Shown here: in pieces, positions 1 to 8,725 of the stretch
Layout: each line of letters starts with the position of its first letter
How positions within the stretch are numbered: the stretch's first letter is position 1
Origin: Candidatus Krumholzibacteriota bacterium
GTDB lineage: Bacteria > Krumholzibacteriota > Krumholzibacteriia > LZORAL124-64-63
Assembly: GCA_039714075.1 (NCBI GenBank)
Contig: JBDLKA010000004.1
Location: 25,782-89,781 of the forward strand
Reading direction: 5' to 3'
Length of the DNA stretch: 64,000 nt
Notes under the pieces: generated by a model
What the model saw: the letters and a program-made list of their open reading frames with translations, nothing else
What the model was told of the DNA's origin: nothing
The model's database searches: none
Translations under genes and position numbers: made by a program

Positions 1-368
1 TCCAGCGCATCGGCGATCTGGAGGGTGAGATCGACCGCTGACTCGATCGCCAGGGGTTGGCCGCCGATGTGTTGCTGAAGGGCCTGCCCCTCCAGCAGTT
101 CCATGACGATGAACCGCCTGCCTTCCCACTCGCCGATGTCGTAAATGGAGCAGATGTGGGGGTGGTTCATCGCCGAAGCGGCGCGGGCCTCGCGAATGTG
201 ACGATCGACATTCTGTGGTTTCGTGGCCACCTCGTCGGGAACGAATTTCATGGCGACGTTGCGCCCAAGACGCGTGTCCTGGGCCTTCCACACCACACCC
301 ATCCCGCCTTCGCCGATCTTCTCGATCAGGCGGTAGTGCTGTATGGTTTGACCAGACTGGATGGACAC
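1..368 (-). CDS. Hanks-type Ser/Thr protein kinase, N-terminal part (runs off the window start)
   Basis: Not in the ORF track. Manual minus-strand translation from GTG at 368 (RBS GGGGAG upstream) gives SIQSGQTIQHYRLIEKIGEGGMGVVWKAQDTRLGRNVAMKF...REARAASAMNHPHICSIYDIGE...VMELLEG, i.e. kinase subdomains I-V, open to position 1. Confidence 0.92.
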   Translation of the reverse strand, partial: MSIQSGQTIQHYRLIEKIGEGGMGVVWKAQDTRLGRNVAMKFVPDEVATKPQNVDRHIREARAASAMNHPHICSIYDIGEWEGRRFIVMELLEGQALQQHIGGQPLAIESAVDLTLQIADAL

Positions 369-577
369 GAATTTTCTCCCCCTGGTCGTCCCGACCATCC
401 CAGAGCATGATATTCCGCTCGAAAGTGGTATTTCGAGCTCGATTCATATCATATCATACTAATATGTATTTGTTAAGAAAGGGGCGCTATGCACTCCGAC
501 TGGCCGATTTGAGACATTTTTGATATTAATTGGTGGGTTCCAGGCGTTACCGCTCATTCCTGAATTCTGGAGACCCT

Positions 578-3277
578 ATGCAATCCGGTCAAACCCTTGC
601 GCACTTCACCCTCGTGGAAAAGATCGGCTCCGGAGGGATGGGTGAAGTCTACCGCGCCACCGACGCCAAGCTGGGCCGGGACGTGGCCCTCAAGATCCTT
701 CCCTCCGAATTGAGCGGCGACCCCGAGCGCGAAACCCGCTTTCATCGGGAAGCCCGCGCCCTGGCCAGCCTTCAGCATCCCAACGTGGCCTCGGTGTACG
801 GTTTTGAAGAAGTGGACGGGATCCGCTTTCTGGTCATGGAACTGATTTCGGGCTCGGAACTAACCGTACGGATGAAAGAAGGTCCCATCCCGGTCGAGGA
901 AACCCTGGACATCGCCCGCCAGATTGCCGCGGGCCTGGAGGCCGCCCACGAAAACGGCATCGTTCATCGTGACCTCAAACCGGCCAACATCATGGAAACC
1001 GAAGACGGCGAAGTGAAAATCCTGGATTTCGGATTGGCCCAGGCCTGGTTCGGCGAGGACGACACCCAGCATGAGTCCGCCACGTCCCCGACCATGACCG
1101 CGGCCATGACCCAGGCCGGCGCCATCCTGGGTACGGCGGCCTACATGAGCCCCGAGCAGGCCAGGGGCGCGGGTGTCGATCGGCGCACCGACATCTGGGC
1201 TTTCGGAGCGATCCTTTTTGAAATGCTGACCGGCAAGCAGCTCTTCAAGGGCGAAACCATCAGCGACACCCTGGCGGCCGTTCTCCGCAAGGAACCCGCC
1301 TGGGATTCCCTGCCCGTAGACGAAGCTCCCGAGCTTTGCCGGTTGATCGAACGTTGCCTGGAGCGCAATCCCAAGCAGCGTCTGCGCGACATCGGCGAGG
1401 CCCGCATCTTTCTGCAGGACGGCGGGGCCAGCATATCCAATTTTAGTTTTTCCCAGCTGGGCATGGACGCGGCGCCGGCGGAGTCCGCGCGCGCGAAAAC
1501 CCCGGTTCCCCTGTTGGCGATTCTGGCTCTGGTATGCTTGTCGGTTGGCACGGTCCTGGGATGGAAGATTGTCGCCCAACCGAAGCCCGCTCCCCTGCTG
1601 CACACCATGATCCCCGCGCCCAAGGATGCTGATTTCGATCTCAGGAGCCCGGCCCCGGGTCCGGCCGCAATCTCTCCTGACGGGACCAAGATGGCCTTTA
1701 CGGCCGTGGATGAATCGGGAACCTCCCAGCTGCATCTGCGACACCTGGACAAGGGCGAGTCGGTCGTTCTGTCGGGCACCGTGGGCTCGGCCTACCCCTT
1801 CTGGTCACCCGACAGCGAGTTCATCGGGTTCTTCGAGCCCAATGCGGGGAAACTCAAGAAGGTGGCGGCGGCCGGCGGGCCCCCCGTCACCTTGTGCACC
1901 GCGCCCAACGGCAAAGGGGGATCCTGGAACAGCCGGGGAGAAATCATCTTTGCTCCCAATCACAACGGCGGGATCTTCAAGGTCCCGGACATCGGGGGGG
2001 CGCCTGTCCAATTGACGACCCTGGACCCGGACCATGATTCCCACCGGCACCCCCGCTTCCTTCCTGGGGGCACAAATTTTATTTTCACCGGTCGCGCCCT
2101 TAGCGGAAACATCAACAGCATATTCCTGGCCTCAACGGACACGGCCATTGCACCTAGAATAATTTCCGAATCGCAGACCAATGGGGACTTTGTCAACGGC
2201 AACCTGCTGACTGTCCATGAGGGCGTTTTGATGGCCACTCCGTTTACACCGGACCAGGAGAAGGTGACCGCGGGTGCGACCCCGTTGGTGGAAAACATCC
2301 TGAATATTCAGGGAGCCGCGGTATCTGTTTTCAGCCCCTCACCGACGGGCATGCTTGTCTTTCAGACGGGAGTCTCCATCAATGTGGGACAAATCATTTC
2401 CTGGGTGGAAATCGAAAAGGGGGTCGTGGAACCTCTAGGTGAACCCGGTCAGGTTTTTCATCCCTTTATTTCCCCGGACGGGAGTCAGGCTCTGCTTGAA
2501 GTGCGCAATGCGTCCAATGAAGGTACGGACCTGTGGCTTTTGGATCTGGCCACGGGTTTGCGGACACGGTTCACGTTTGCCGCGGGCGACGAAAAACGCC
2601 CCTGCTGGTCGCGTACAGGAAAAGACGTGTTCTACGAATCAGTTGAAAACAACTCCTTCCGGATCATGCAGCAACCGGTGGAGGGACAGGGCGGCGCCGC
2701 CATCATTCTTGAATCCGACCGGGAAATCGCGCCTTCCAGCGTGGATCCCGAAGACAAGTTCCTATTGGTCGATTTCGAACGGGAGGACGGCAATTTTGAA
2801 CTCCGCCGGATCACCCTGGAGCCCGGTCTGGACGAAATGGTCACCCTGGCCACTGCGCCTGACGCCAATCTGGGCGGTGGTGAGTATTCGCCGGACGGTC
2901 GCTGGATCGCCTATCACACCGAAAGCGCTTCCGGATGGGATATCTTCGTGATCGCGGCCGAAGGTGGAGCGCGCAAGTGGCAGGTGACAACCGACGGTGC
3001 TGTATATCCCAAATGGGCAACAGGCGGAACGGAATTGTGGGTCAGCACATTCAGCGGAGATCTGCGCGTGTATTCCGTGGACGGTACCGGGCAGACCTTC
3101 CGCGTGGGGAACTTTATCCAGACCCCGATTAACATCGGCCCGGGCCCGAGTGGCAGTTTCTATGACCTGCACCCCGACGGCTTGCGGGTTCTCCAGACCG
3201 GAATGGATCCGGCTTTCCGTTCCGAAGTGTCCCATCTTCACCTGGTCACGGATTGGAAACGGGGGCTTGCCCAATAG
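578..3277 (+). CDS. Hanks-type Ser/Thr protein kinase with TM helix and C-terminal PD40/TolB-like beta-propeller
   Basis: GSGGMGEVY, VALK, HRDLKPAN, DFG and YMSPEQ motifs; TM segment LLAILALVCLSVGTVLGW; repeated SPDG/WSPD blades. Start moved to ATG 578 (GGAGA upstream). Confidence 0.93.
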   Translation: MQSGQTLAHFTLVEKIGSGGMGEVYRATDAKLGRDVALKILPSELSGDPERETRFHREARALASLQHPNVASVYGFEEVDGIRFLVMELISGSELTVRMKEGPIPVEETLDIARQIAAGLEAAHENGIVHRDLKPANIMETEDGEVKILDFGLAQAWFGEDDTQHESATSPTMTAAMTQAGAILGTAAYMSPEQARGAGVDRRTDIWAFGAILFEMLTGKQLFKGETISDTLAAVLRKEPAWDSLPVDEAPELCRLIERCLERNPKQRLRDIGEARIFLQDGGASISNFSFSQLGMDAAPAESARAKTPVPLLAILALVCLSVGTVLGWKIVAQPKPAPLLHTMIPAPKDADFDLRSPAPGPAAISPDGTKMAFTAVDESGTSQLHLRHLDKGESVVLSGTVGSAYPFWSPDSEFIGFFEPNAGKLKKVAAAGGPPVTLCTAPNGKGGSWNSRGEIIFAPNHNGGIFKVPDIGGAPVQLTTLDPDHDSHRHPRFLPGGTNFIFTGRALSGNINSIFLASTDTAIAPRIISESQTNGDFVNGNLLTVHEGVLMATPFTPDQEKVTAGATPLVENILNIQGAAVSVFSPSPTGMLVFQTGVSINVGQIISWVEIEKGVVEPLGEPGQVFHPFISPDGSQALLEVRNASNEGTDLWLLDLATGLRTRFTFAAGDEKRPCWSRTGKDVFYESVENNSFRIMQQPVEGQGGAAIILESDREIAPSSVDPEDKFLLVDFEREDGNFELRRITLEPGLDEMVTLATAPDANLGGGEYSPDGRWIAYHTESASGWDIFVIAAEGGARKWQVTTDGAVYPKWATGGTELWVSTFSGDLRVYSVDGTGQTFRVGNFIQTPINIGPGPSGSFYDLHPDGLRVLQTGMDPAFRSEVSHLHLVTDWKRGLAQ

Positions 3278-3307
3278 GGTCAATCGGCCCTTTCGTCCAC
3301 CAACGAC

Positions 3308-3337
3308 AGAAGGGGCGCCCTTGCGAGCGCCCCTTCT
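3308..3337. terminator. Probable bidirectional intrinsic terminator
   Basis: Stem AGAAGGGGCGC / GCGCCCCTTCT between the convergent kinase and actP genes. Confidence 0.7.
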
Positions 3338-3358
3338 TCTGTCGGCCGTTGAATCTCC

Positions 3359-5230
3359 CTATGCCTGGACCTTCTTCCGGGTCGCCAAAGACACCACGAC
3401 CAGCGTCAGGAAACTGAGCGGAATGGAGATGATGCCGGGTTGCCCCAGGGGATGCCAGGCGGCCTCGGCGGTGAGTCCGTAGGGGCCCGCGAACATGGCC
3501 GGACCGGTCAGGATGATTCCCAGCGCCGCGACGATACCCACGGTGATGGAGGCGACAATGCCCGCCGCCGTGGTCTTCTTCCAGAACAGGAGCATGAGGA
3601 TGGCGGGCAGGTTGGCCGACGCAGCCACCGCAAAGGCCCAGCCCACCAGGAAGCTCACGTTCACCCCGCGGAACACGATACCCAGGATGATGGCCACGAT
3701 GCCCACCGCGAAGGCGGCGATCTTGCCGGCGCGAACCTTCTCCTTCTCACTCAGGTTCATGCCGCCGAAACGGTCCATGAGGTCATGGGCCACCGCGCCC
3801 GAAGCGGCCACGATCAGGCCGGCCACCGTACCGAGCACCGTCGCGAAGGCGATGGCCGAGATGATGGCGAAAAGCACCCCGCCGAACGACATGGCCAGCA
3901 GCGGCGCCGACATGTTGTTGTCCGCCGGGTTCACCGTGCCGCTGGTGGCCGCGCCCAGACCCATGAAAAGGGTCAGGACGTAGAAGAAACCGATGGCGGC
4001 AATCGCCACGATGGTCGACTTCCGGGCACAGGCCGGGCTGGGAACCGTATAATAGCGGATGAGGATGTGCGGCAACGCGGCGGTGCCGAAGAAAAGGGCC
4101 AGCATCAGGGAAATGAAGTTCAGCTTCTGCCAGCCCGTTTTCACCTTGAACTTCGCGCCGGGTTTCATTTCCTCGGTTCCCGAAACGGTCTTGGGGTAAT
4201 ACACGCTGTATTTTGCACCGTCTTCGTCGAACACGGTCTTCTTGTGCCACTGCTCGATCCGCGTATCGGGGTGGGTCAGGCGGGCCAGGAAACCGGCCGG
4301 GCCCAGTGAGCCGGTGCCCCGCGCGGCTTCTTCCTCGTTCATGCCGCCGATCGCCTTGATCCGGCCGACCGGATTCAGCAGTCCGTCGGGCTTGCCGTTG
4401 ACCAGGGACCCGCTACTCCACTGGGCCTGCCAAAGAGTGCCGTCGGCATCCTTTTTCCACCACGAAACGACGCCTTCGTGGGAGAACTTCAGCAAATCGC
4501 CGACCGTGTGCTTCAGAAGGTAGCCCTGACCGGCCAACTCCACCTCGGTGGACTGTTCCGGAATATTGAGCAGGGCCTGCCCTTCGGCATCCTTCAGGCT
4601 CGGTGGCTCGGTACTCAAACCGCGCACCATGACCGAGACCACCAGAATGGTGGAAAAGATCAGCAACAGGCCGCCCTTGAGGAACTGGACGTAGGTGGTG
4701 GAAGTCATGCCCGCGGTGGAAACAATGGCGATCACTATCGCACCGACGATGATCACGCCCACCCAGTGGGGCAGGCCGAGCAGGGGTTCGACAAGGGAAC
4801 CGGCGCCGTTCATCTGGGGAATGAGGTAGCAGATGGAAACCACCAGGGTGGAAATCGCGGCGGCCAGCTTGATGCCGCGGCTGTCGAATTTTGCATCCAG
4901 GGCGTCGGTGAAGGTGAATTTTCCCATGCGCTTCATGGGCTCGGCCACCACGAAGAGCGCCACGACCCAGCCGGCCAGATAGCCGATGGAGTATAGGAAG
5001 CCGTCGTACCCGAGGGTGGCGATCATCCCGCAGATGCCCAGGAAAGACGCGGCCGACAGGTAGTCGCCCGCGAAGCTGATGCCGTTGACAGCCCAATGGA
5101 TTTGTCCGCCCGCGGCGTAGTACCCGGAGGCTGACTTCGCCTTGCGCGCAAAAAAGAAGCTCAGGTAGAGCACCATCAACACGAAGAGCGCAAAGATGAC
5201 GATGGACAGGGGAGTTCCATGCAGATTCAT
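3359..5230 (-). CDS. actP: Cation/acetate symporter, sodium:solute symporter family
   Basis: YYAAGG, GDYLSAASFLG, GTAALPHILIRYYTVP and AFAVAASAN motifs; many TM helices; directly downstream of a DUF485 gene. Confidence 0.88.
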   Translation of the reverse strand: MNLHGTPLSIVIFALFVLMVLYLSFFFARKAKSASGYYAAGGQIHWAVNGISFAGDYLSAASFLGICGMIATLGYDGFLYSIGYLAGWVVALFVVAEPMKRMGKFTFTDALDAKFDSRGIKLAAAISTLVVSICYLIPQMNGAGSLVEPLLGLPHWVGVIIVGAIVIAIVSTAGMTSTTYVQFLKGGLLLIFSTILVVSVMVRGLSTEPPSLKDAEGQALLNIPEQSTEVELAGQGYLLKHTVGDLLKFSHEGVVSWWKKDADGTLWQAQWSSGSLVNGKPDGLLNPVGRIKAIGGMNEEEAARGTGSLGPAGFLARLTHPDTRIEQWHKKTVFDEDGAKYSVYYPKTVSGTEEMKPGAKFKVKTGWQKLNFISLMLALFFGTAALPHILIRYYTVPSPACARKSTIVAIAAIGFFYVLTLFMGLGAATSGTVNPADNNMSAPLLAMSFGGVLFAIISAIAFATVLGTVAGLIVAASGAVAHDLMDRFGGMNLSEKEKVRAGKIAAFAVGIVAIILGIVFRGVNVSFLVGWAFAVAASANLPAILMLLFWKKTTAAGIVASITVGIVAALGIILTGPAMFAGPYGLTAEAAWHPLGQPGIISIPLSFLTLVVVSLATRKKVQA

Positions 5231-5526
5231 GCGATTTCCTCCCCGCCGACGGACCTGCCGGCAAGTTCGTTTTCCTTACCGGTACACTTGTGGTTGTAGA
5301 TGAGGGCCATCACCAGAGCCAGGACGATCAGCCCCATCCCGTAGACAACGGCGAGGTTCAAACCCATGAAGACGATGACCTGCATGACTTTGCCCTCGGC
5401 CACAACGTTGGCCAGGACAAAACCCACGTACACGACGCAGTAGATGAGGAACATCACTACGCCCAGGCGAGTCTTGTAATTGCTCGCCGGATCAGGTCCG
5501 GATTCGGGGGCGGGTCCCTGGTGCAT
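5227..5526 (-). CDS. DUF485 (YjcH-like) small membrane protein, ActP partner
   Basis: Two TM helices; 4-bp overlap with the actP start; ATG 5526 with AGGAGG RBS. Confidence 0.82.
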   Translation of the reverse strand: MHQGPAPESGPDPASNYKTRLGVVMFLIYCVVYVGFVLANVVAEGKVMQVIVFMGLNLAVVYGMGLIVLALVMALIYNHKCTGKENELAGRSVGGEEIA

Positions 5527-5769
5527 GACTTCCTCCTGGGGAAGGGGGCCGGGGCTCAAGGACCGCTACGTGCGGCCCATCAAGGGTGATGGCGACGAAA
5601 TTAATACCCCGTTAAATGAATAACAAATAAAATGAAAGTTAAATTTCTGTTGGGTGTATTTTCTGGTTCCATAGGCAAATACGGAAATTGCTGGTGGGCA
5701 AACCGCCGGTTGGAAGGCTCCCCTGCATCGGTTATTATTACCAAGCATTTCTCCCGAACCGGAGTTCTC

Positions 5770-7833
5770 ATGAAGCGACTCGTCGTTCGCACCATCCTAC
5801 CGGCCCTGCTGGCCATCGGACTCTTCTCGGGAGTCGTGTTCTTCTCCTTTCTTCCTTCCCTGAAAAGCTCCGTGATGGATCAGAAGCGGCTCATGATCCG
5901 CGAGCTGACCGAATCGTCCTGGAACATCCTGGCCCGCTTCGAGGCCGAGGAAAGAGCCGGCCGACTGACCCTCAATGAAGCCCAGACCGCCGCCGTGGAA
6001 CAGATCCGCAGCCTCCACTACGGTCAAGAAGGCAAGGACTACTTCTGGATCAACGACATGGAACCGCGGATGATCCTCCACCCCTACCGCACCGATCTGG
6101 AGGGCGAGAGCCTGTCCCGGTTCGCCGATCCCCACGGCAAGCTCATCTTCGTCGAGATGGCCGCGGTCGTGAAGAGTGACGGGGCGGGCTACGTGAACTA
6201 CATGTGGCAGTGGAAGGACGATCCTGATCGCATCGTGCCGAAGCTGTCCTACGTGAAGGGGTTTTCGCCCTGGGGCTGGATCATCGGAACCGGCGTCTAT
6301 ACCGACGACGTCGATACCGAGGTAGGATTGGTGACCAGCCGCCTGCAGGCCGCAGCACTGCTGATCCTGGCCATGGTATCGCTCCTGATGGTCATCCTTC
6401 TGCGGGCCAGTTTCCAGGCCGAGCGCGGGCGTTTGCGGGCAGCGGCCGCTCTGCGAGGGTCCGAGGAAAAATACCGCTCCCTGGTCGAATCGGCCGGTGA
6501 GTCGATTTTCATGTCCATCGGCGGCGAGGAGCTCTTCGCCAACGCGAGCATGTTGAGGATGGTGGGCTACAACCGGGAGGAATTCGCGGCCCTCGATGTT
6601 GCCGATCTGGTGCGGCCCACGGCGGCGGAACTGGAGAGCGGCCGGCGTTCCTGGCAGACGGTCATGGACGGCATGACGGCGCCCACGAGGTACGAGGCCG
6701 AATTGATCGACCGCGACGGCCGGACCATCCGGGCCATGATCACCCTGTCGCGCATCGTGGTCCAGGGAAGGGTTGGATTCATGGCTGTGGTCACGCGATT
6801 GGCCAAACCGCGGGAACTCGACCTCATGACGACCGAGACCGCCGAGGATCTGGCCGCCGCCAACCGGCGCATGGCGACCATGGCCAGCCTCATGATGAGT
6901 CACGATGCCGAGGCGATGCCCGTGAGCCGCATGCTTTCGGAGAATGCCGATGCCGCGGTCCGCAAAGGCATAGAATTGGCCGTTGCCGAGTTGGGCCCAC
7001 CTCCCCTCCCCTTCGAGGTCATGCTCCTGGGCAGCCTGGGCCGGGCCGAGGTCAGCCTTCTGGCAGATCAGGACCATGCCATCATCTACCCGGACACCGA
7101 AGACGAAAAAACCGTGGTTCAGGAATATTTCCTGGGCCTGGGGTCGCGGCTTTCGGAAATCCTCGACGCGGCGGGCTACCCGTTCTGCCCGGGCGGGATC
7201 ATGTCGGGTGAGCCTCGCTGCTGCCAGTCGCTCTCGGGTTGGCGCCGGACTTTTTCCGGCTGGATCAACACTCTCGAGGCCGAAGACCTGTTGCAGGCCA
7301 AGATATTTTTCGATTTTCGCGGCAGCCTGGACGAGATGAACCTCACTGGCGAACTCTGGGAGCACCTGCGGGCGGAAATATCCCGCCAGCCACGATTCCT
7401 CCACCTGTTGGCCCGCAGCGTGCTGATGTACGAACCCCCGTTGAAAGCTTTTGGCGGCTTCGCCCTGGAGGAACGCAAGGGTGACCGGGGGACCTTTGAC
7501 GTCAAGGGAGTCCTGGCGCAGATCGTTGATCTCGTACGGCTCCGGGCGTTGCAGCACGGGATCATCGTCACCGGAACCCTGGACCGTCTCGAAGCGTTGT
7601 CGGCCGGCGGCCACCTGCGGGCCGAAACCGTCCGCGATACCGCCGCCGCTTTCCGCTTCCTCATGGGTCTTCGCCTGAATCACCAGGCGCGCCGGATCCT
7701 GGAACGGCTCGAACCGGACAATCGGATCGATCCGGAGGCTCTCGATGAGGCGGCGCGCAAACAACTCAAGACGGTGTTCACGAACCTCAAGGCGTGGCAG
7801 GCGACCCTGGACCACGAGTTCAAGGGGGTGTGA
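5770..7833 (+). CDS. Membrane sensor nucleotidyltransferase: TM-sCache-TM-PAS-DUF294-DUF294_C
   Basis: Single-Cache motifs (DYFWIND..MILHPY..DPHGK..GYVNYMW..PKLSYVKGFSPWGWIIGTGVY); PAS (SEEKYRSLVE..ANASMLRMVGY); NTase signature GSLGRAE...DQDH; GYPFCPGGIM, IFFDFR and FDVK. Start moved to ATG 5770 (GGAG RBS). Confidence 0.88.
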   Translation: MKRLVVRTILPALLAIGLFSGVVFFSFLPSLKSSVMDQKRLMIRELTESSWNILARFEAEERAGRLTLNEAQTAAVEQIRSLHYGQEGKDYFWINDMEPRMILHPYRTDLEGESLSRFADPHGKLIFVEMAAVVKSDGAGYVNYMWQWKDDPDRIVPKLSYVKGFSPWGWIIGTGVYTDDVDTEVGLVTSRLQAAALLILAMVSLLMVILLRASFQAERGRLRAAAALRGSEEKYRSLVESAGESIFMSIGGEELFANASMLRMVGYNREEFAALDVADLVRPTAAELESGRRSWQTVMDGMTAPTRYEAELIDRDGRTIRAMITLSRIVVQGRVGFMAVVTRLAKPRELDLMTTETAEDLAAANRRMATMASLMMSHDAEAMPVSRMLSENADAAVRKGIELAVAELGPPPLPFEVMLLGSLGRAEVSLLADQDHAIIYPDTEDEKTVVQEYFLGLGSRLSEILDAAGYPFCPGGIMSGEPRCCQSLSGWRRTFSGWINTLEAEDLLQAKIFFDFRGSLDEMNLTGELWEHLRAEISRQPRFLHLLARSVLMYEPPLKAFGGFALEERKGDRGTFDVKGVLAQIVDLVRLRALQHGIIVTGTLDRLEALSAGGHLRAETVRDTAAAFRFLMGLRLNHQARRILERLEPDNRIDPEALDEAARKQLKTVFTNLKAWQATLDHEFKGV

Positions 7834-8579
7834 ATACCGTGACGCCACCGAGCGACGGCACCGTCCTTCTGGTCAGCGACATCCACTCGCACTATCACGT
7901 CATCGACGCCCACATCACCCATGCCCGTGAAAAGCTCGGGCGCACCGTGGAACAGGTCCGTGTGCTGGGCGACTTCGGCCTGTTCGGGCCCAATCTCCAC
8001 GACTTTTTCCGACGGGACGGCCGCCGTTTCTCGCTTCCGGTCGCCTTCATCGAGGGCAACCACGAGGACTTCCGGAATTTCGACGATCTGGTCCACGACT
8101 ACGCCGATGTCGTGACCCATCTGCCCCGGAACTCGGTACATGATTTCGGTTCCGGGCGCTGGCTGTGCATCGGGGGCGCGCAGTATATGGACGCGTGGTC
8201 GACGCCGCCGGGCTGCGAGATCCGTGACCAGGACATCGCCCGGTGTTTGGAAAATCCGCCCGGGAGTATCGACATCGTCATCAGCCACGACTGCCCCACG
8301 AACATCGGCGTGACAAGCGAGGCCGAATTCGGGCATCTCGGTCAGCCGGGGATCGCGGGCCTGGCCCGGGTTGCCGATCACCTGCGGCCGAAGTTGTGGT
8401 TCTTCGGCCATCATCACCGGTGGCACGATAACGAGAGCGGCGGAACCCGCTTCGTTGGTCTGCCCCAGAGTTGGCAGGGATACGTACTGCTCGGCGGTGC
8501 CGGAGAGCTGGATCTCGTGGAGCACGAAGTCGCTCTTCCGCGACGACCCGGGTGGTGGCGGTGGATCGGGTTGAAATAA
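7830..8579 (+). CDS. Calcineurin-like metallophosphoesterase
   Basis: DIH, GDFG, GNHE, SHD and GHHH metal motifs; GTG 7830 overlaps the upstream TGA (GTGA). Alternative start 7839. Confidence 0.85.
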   Translation: MNTVTPPSDGTVLLVSDIHSHYHVIDAHITHAREKLGRTVEQVRVLGDFGLFGPNLHDFFRRDGRRFSLPVAFIEGNHEDFRNFDDLVHDYADVVTHLPRNSVHDFGSGRWLCIGGAQYMDAWSTPPGCEIRDQDIARCLENPPGSIDIVISHDCPTNIGVTSEAEFGHLGQPGIAGLARVADHLRPKLWFFGHHHRWHDNESGGTRFVGLPQSWQGYVLLGGAGELDLVEHEVALPRRPGWWRWIGLK

Positions 8580-8725
8580 GGGCCCGACCGATTGGGCCCG
8601 ACCGCCAATCCCCATAACACACTATATCTTATTACGTTGCAAAACCGGACTTAGGGCGTTATCGTTGTCGGACACCGTAACAAATCCATCAGGGACATCC
8701 TTCTGCGCATCCGACGGACAACCTC

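Noticed and set aside
5797..7848. 683-aa antisense ORF, and similar long shadows (13194-14666, 36423-38102, 39853-42090, 16428-17711)
   Set aside because: They lie opposite motif-bearing genes and have no motifs of their own; typical of high-GC codon bias.
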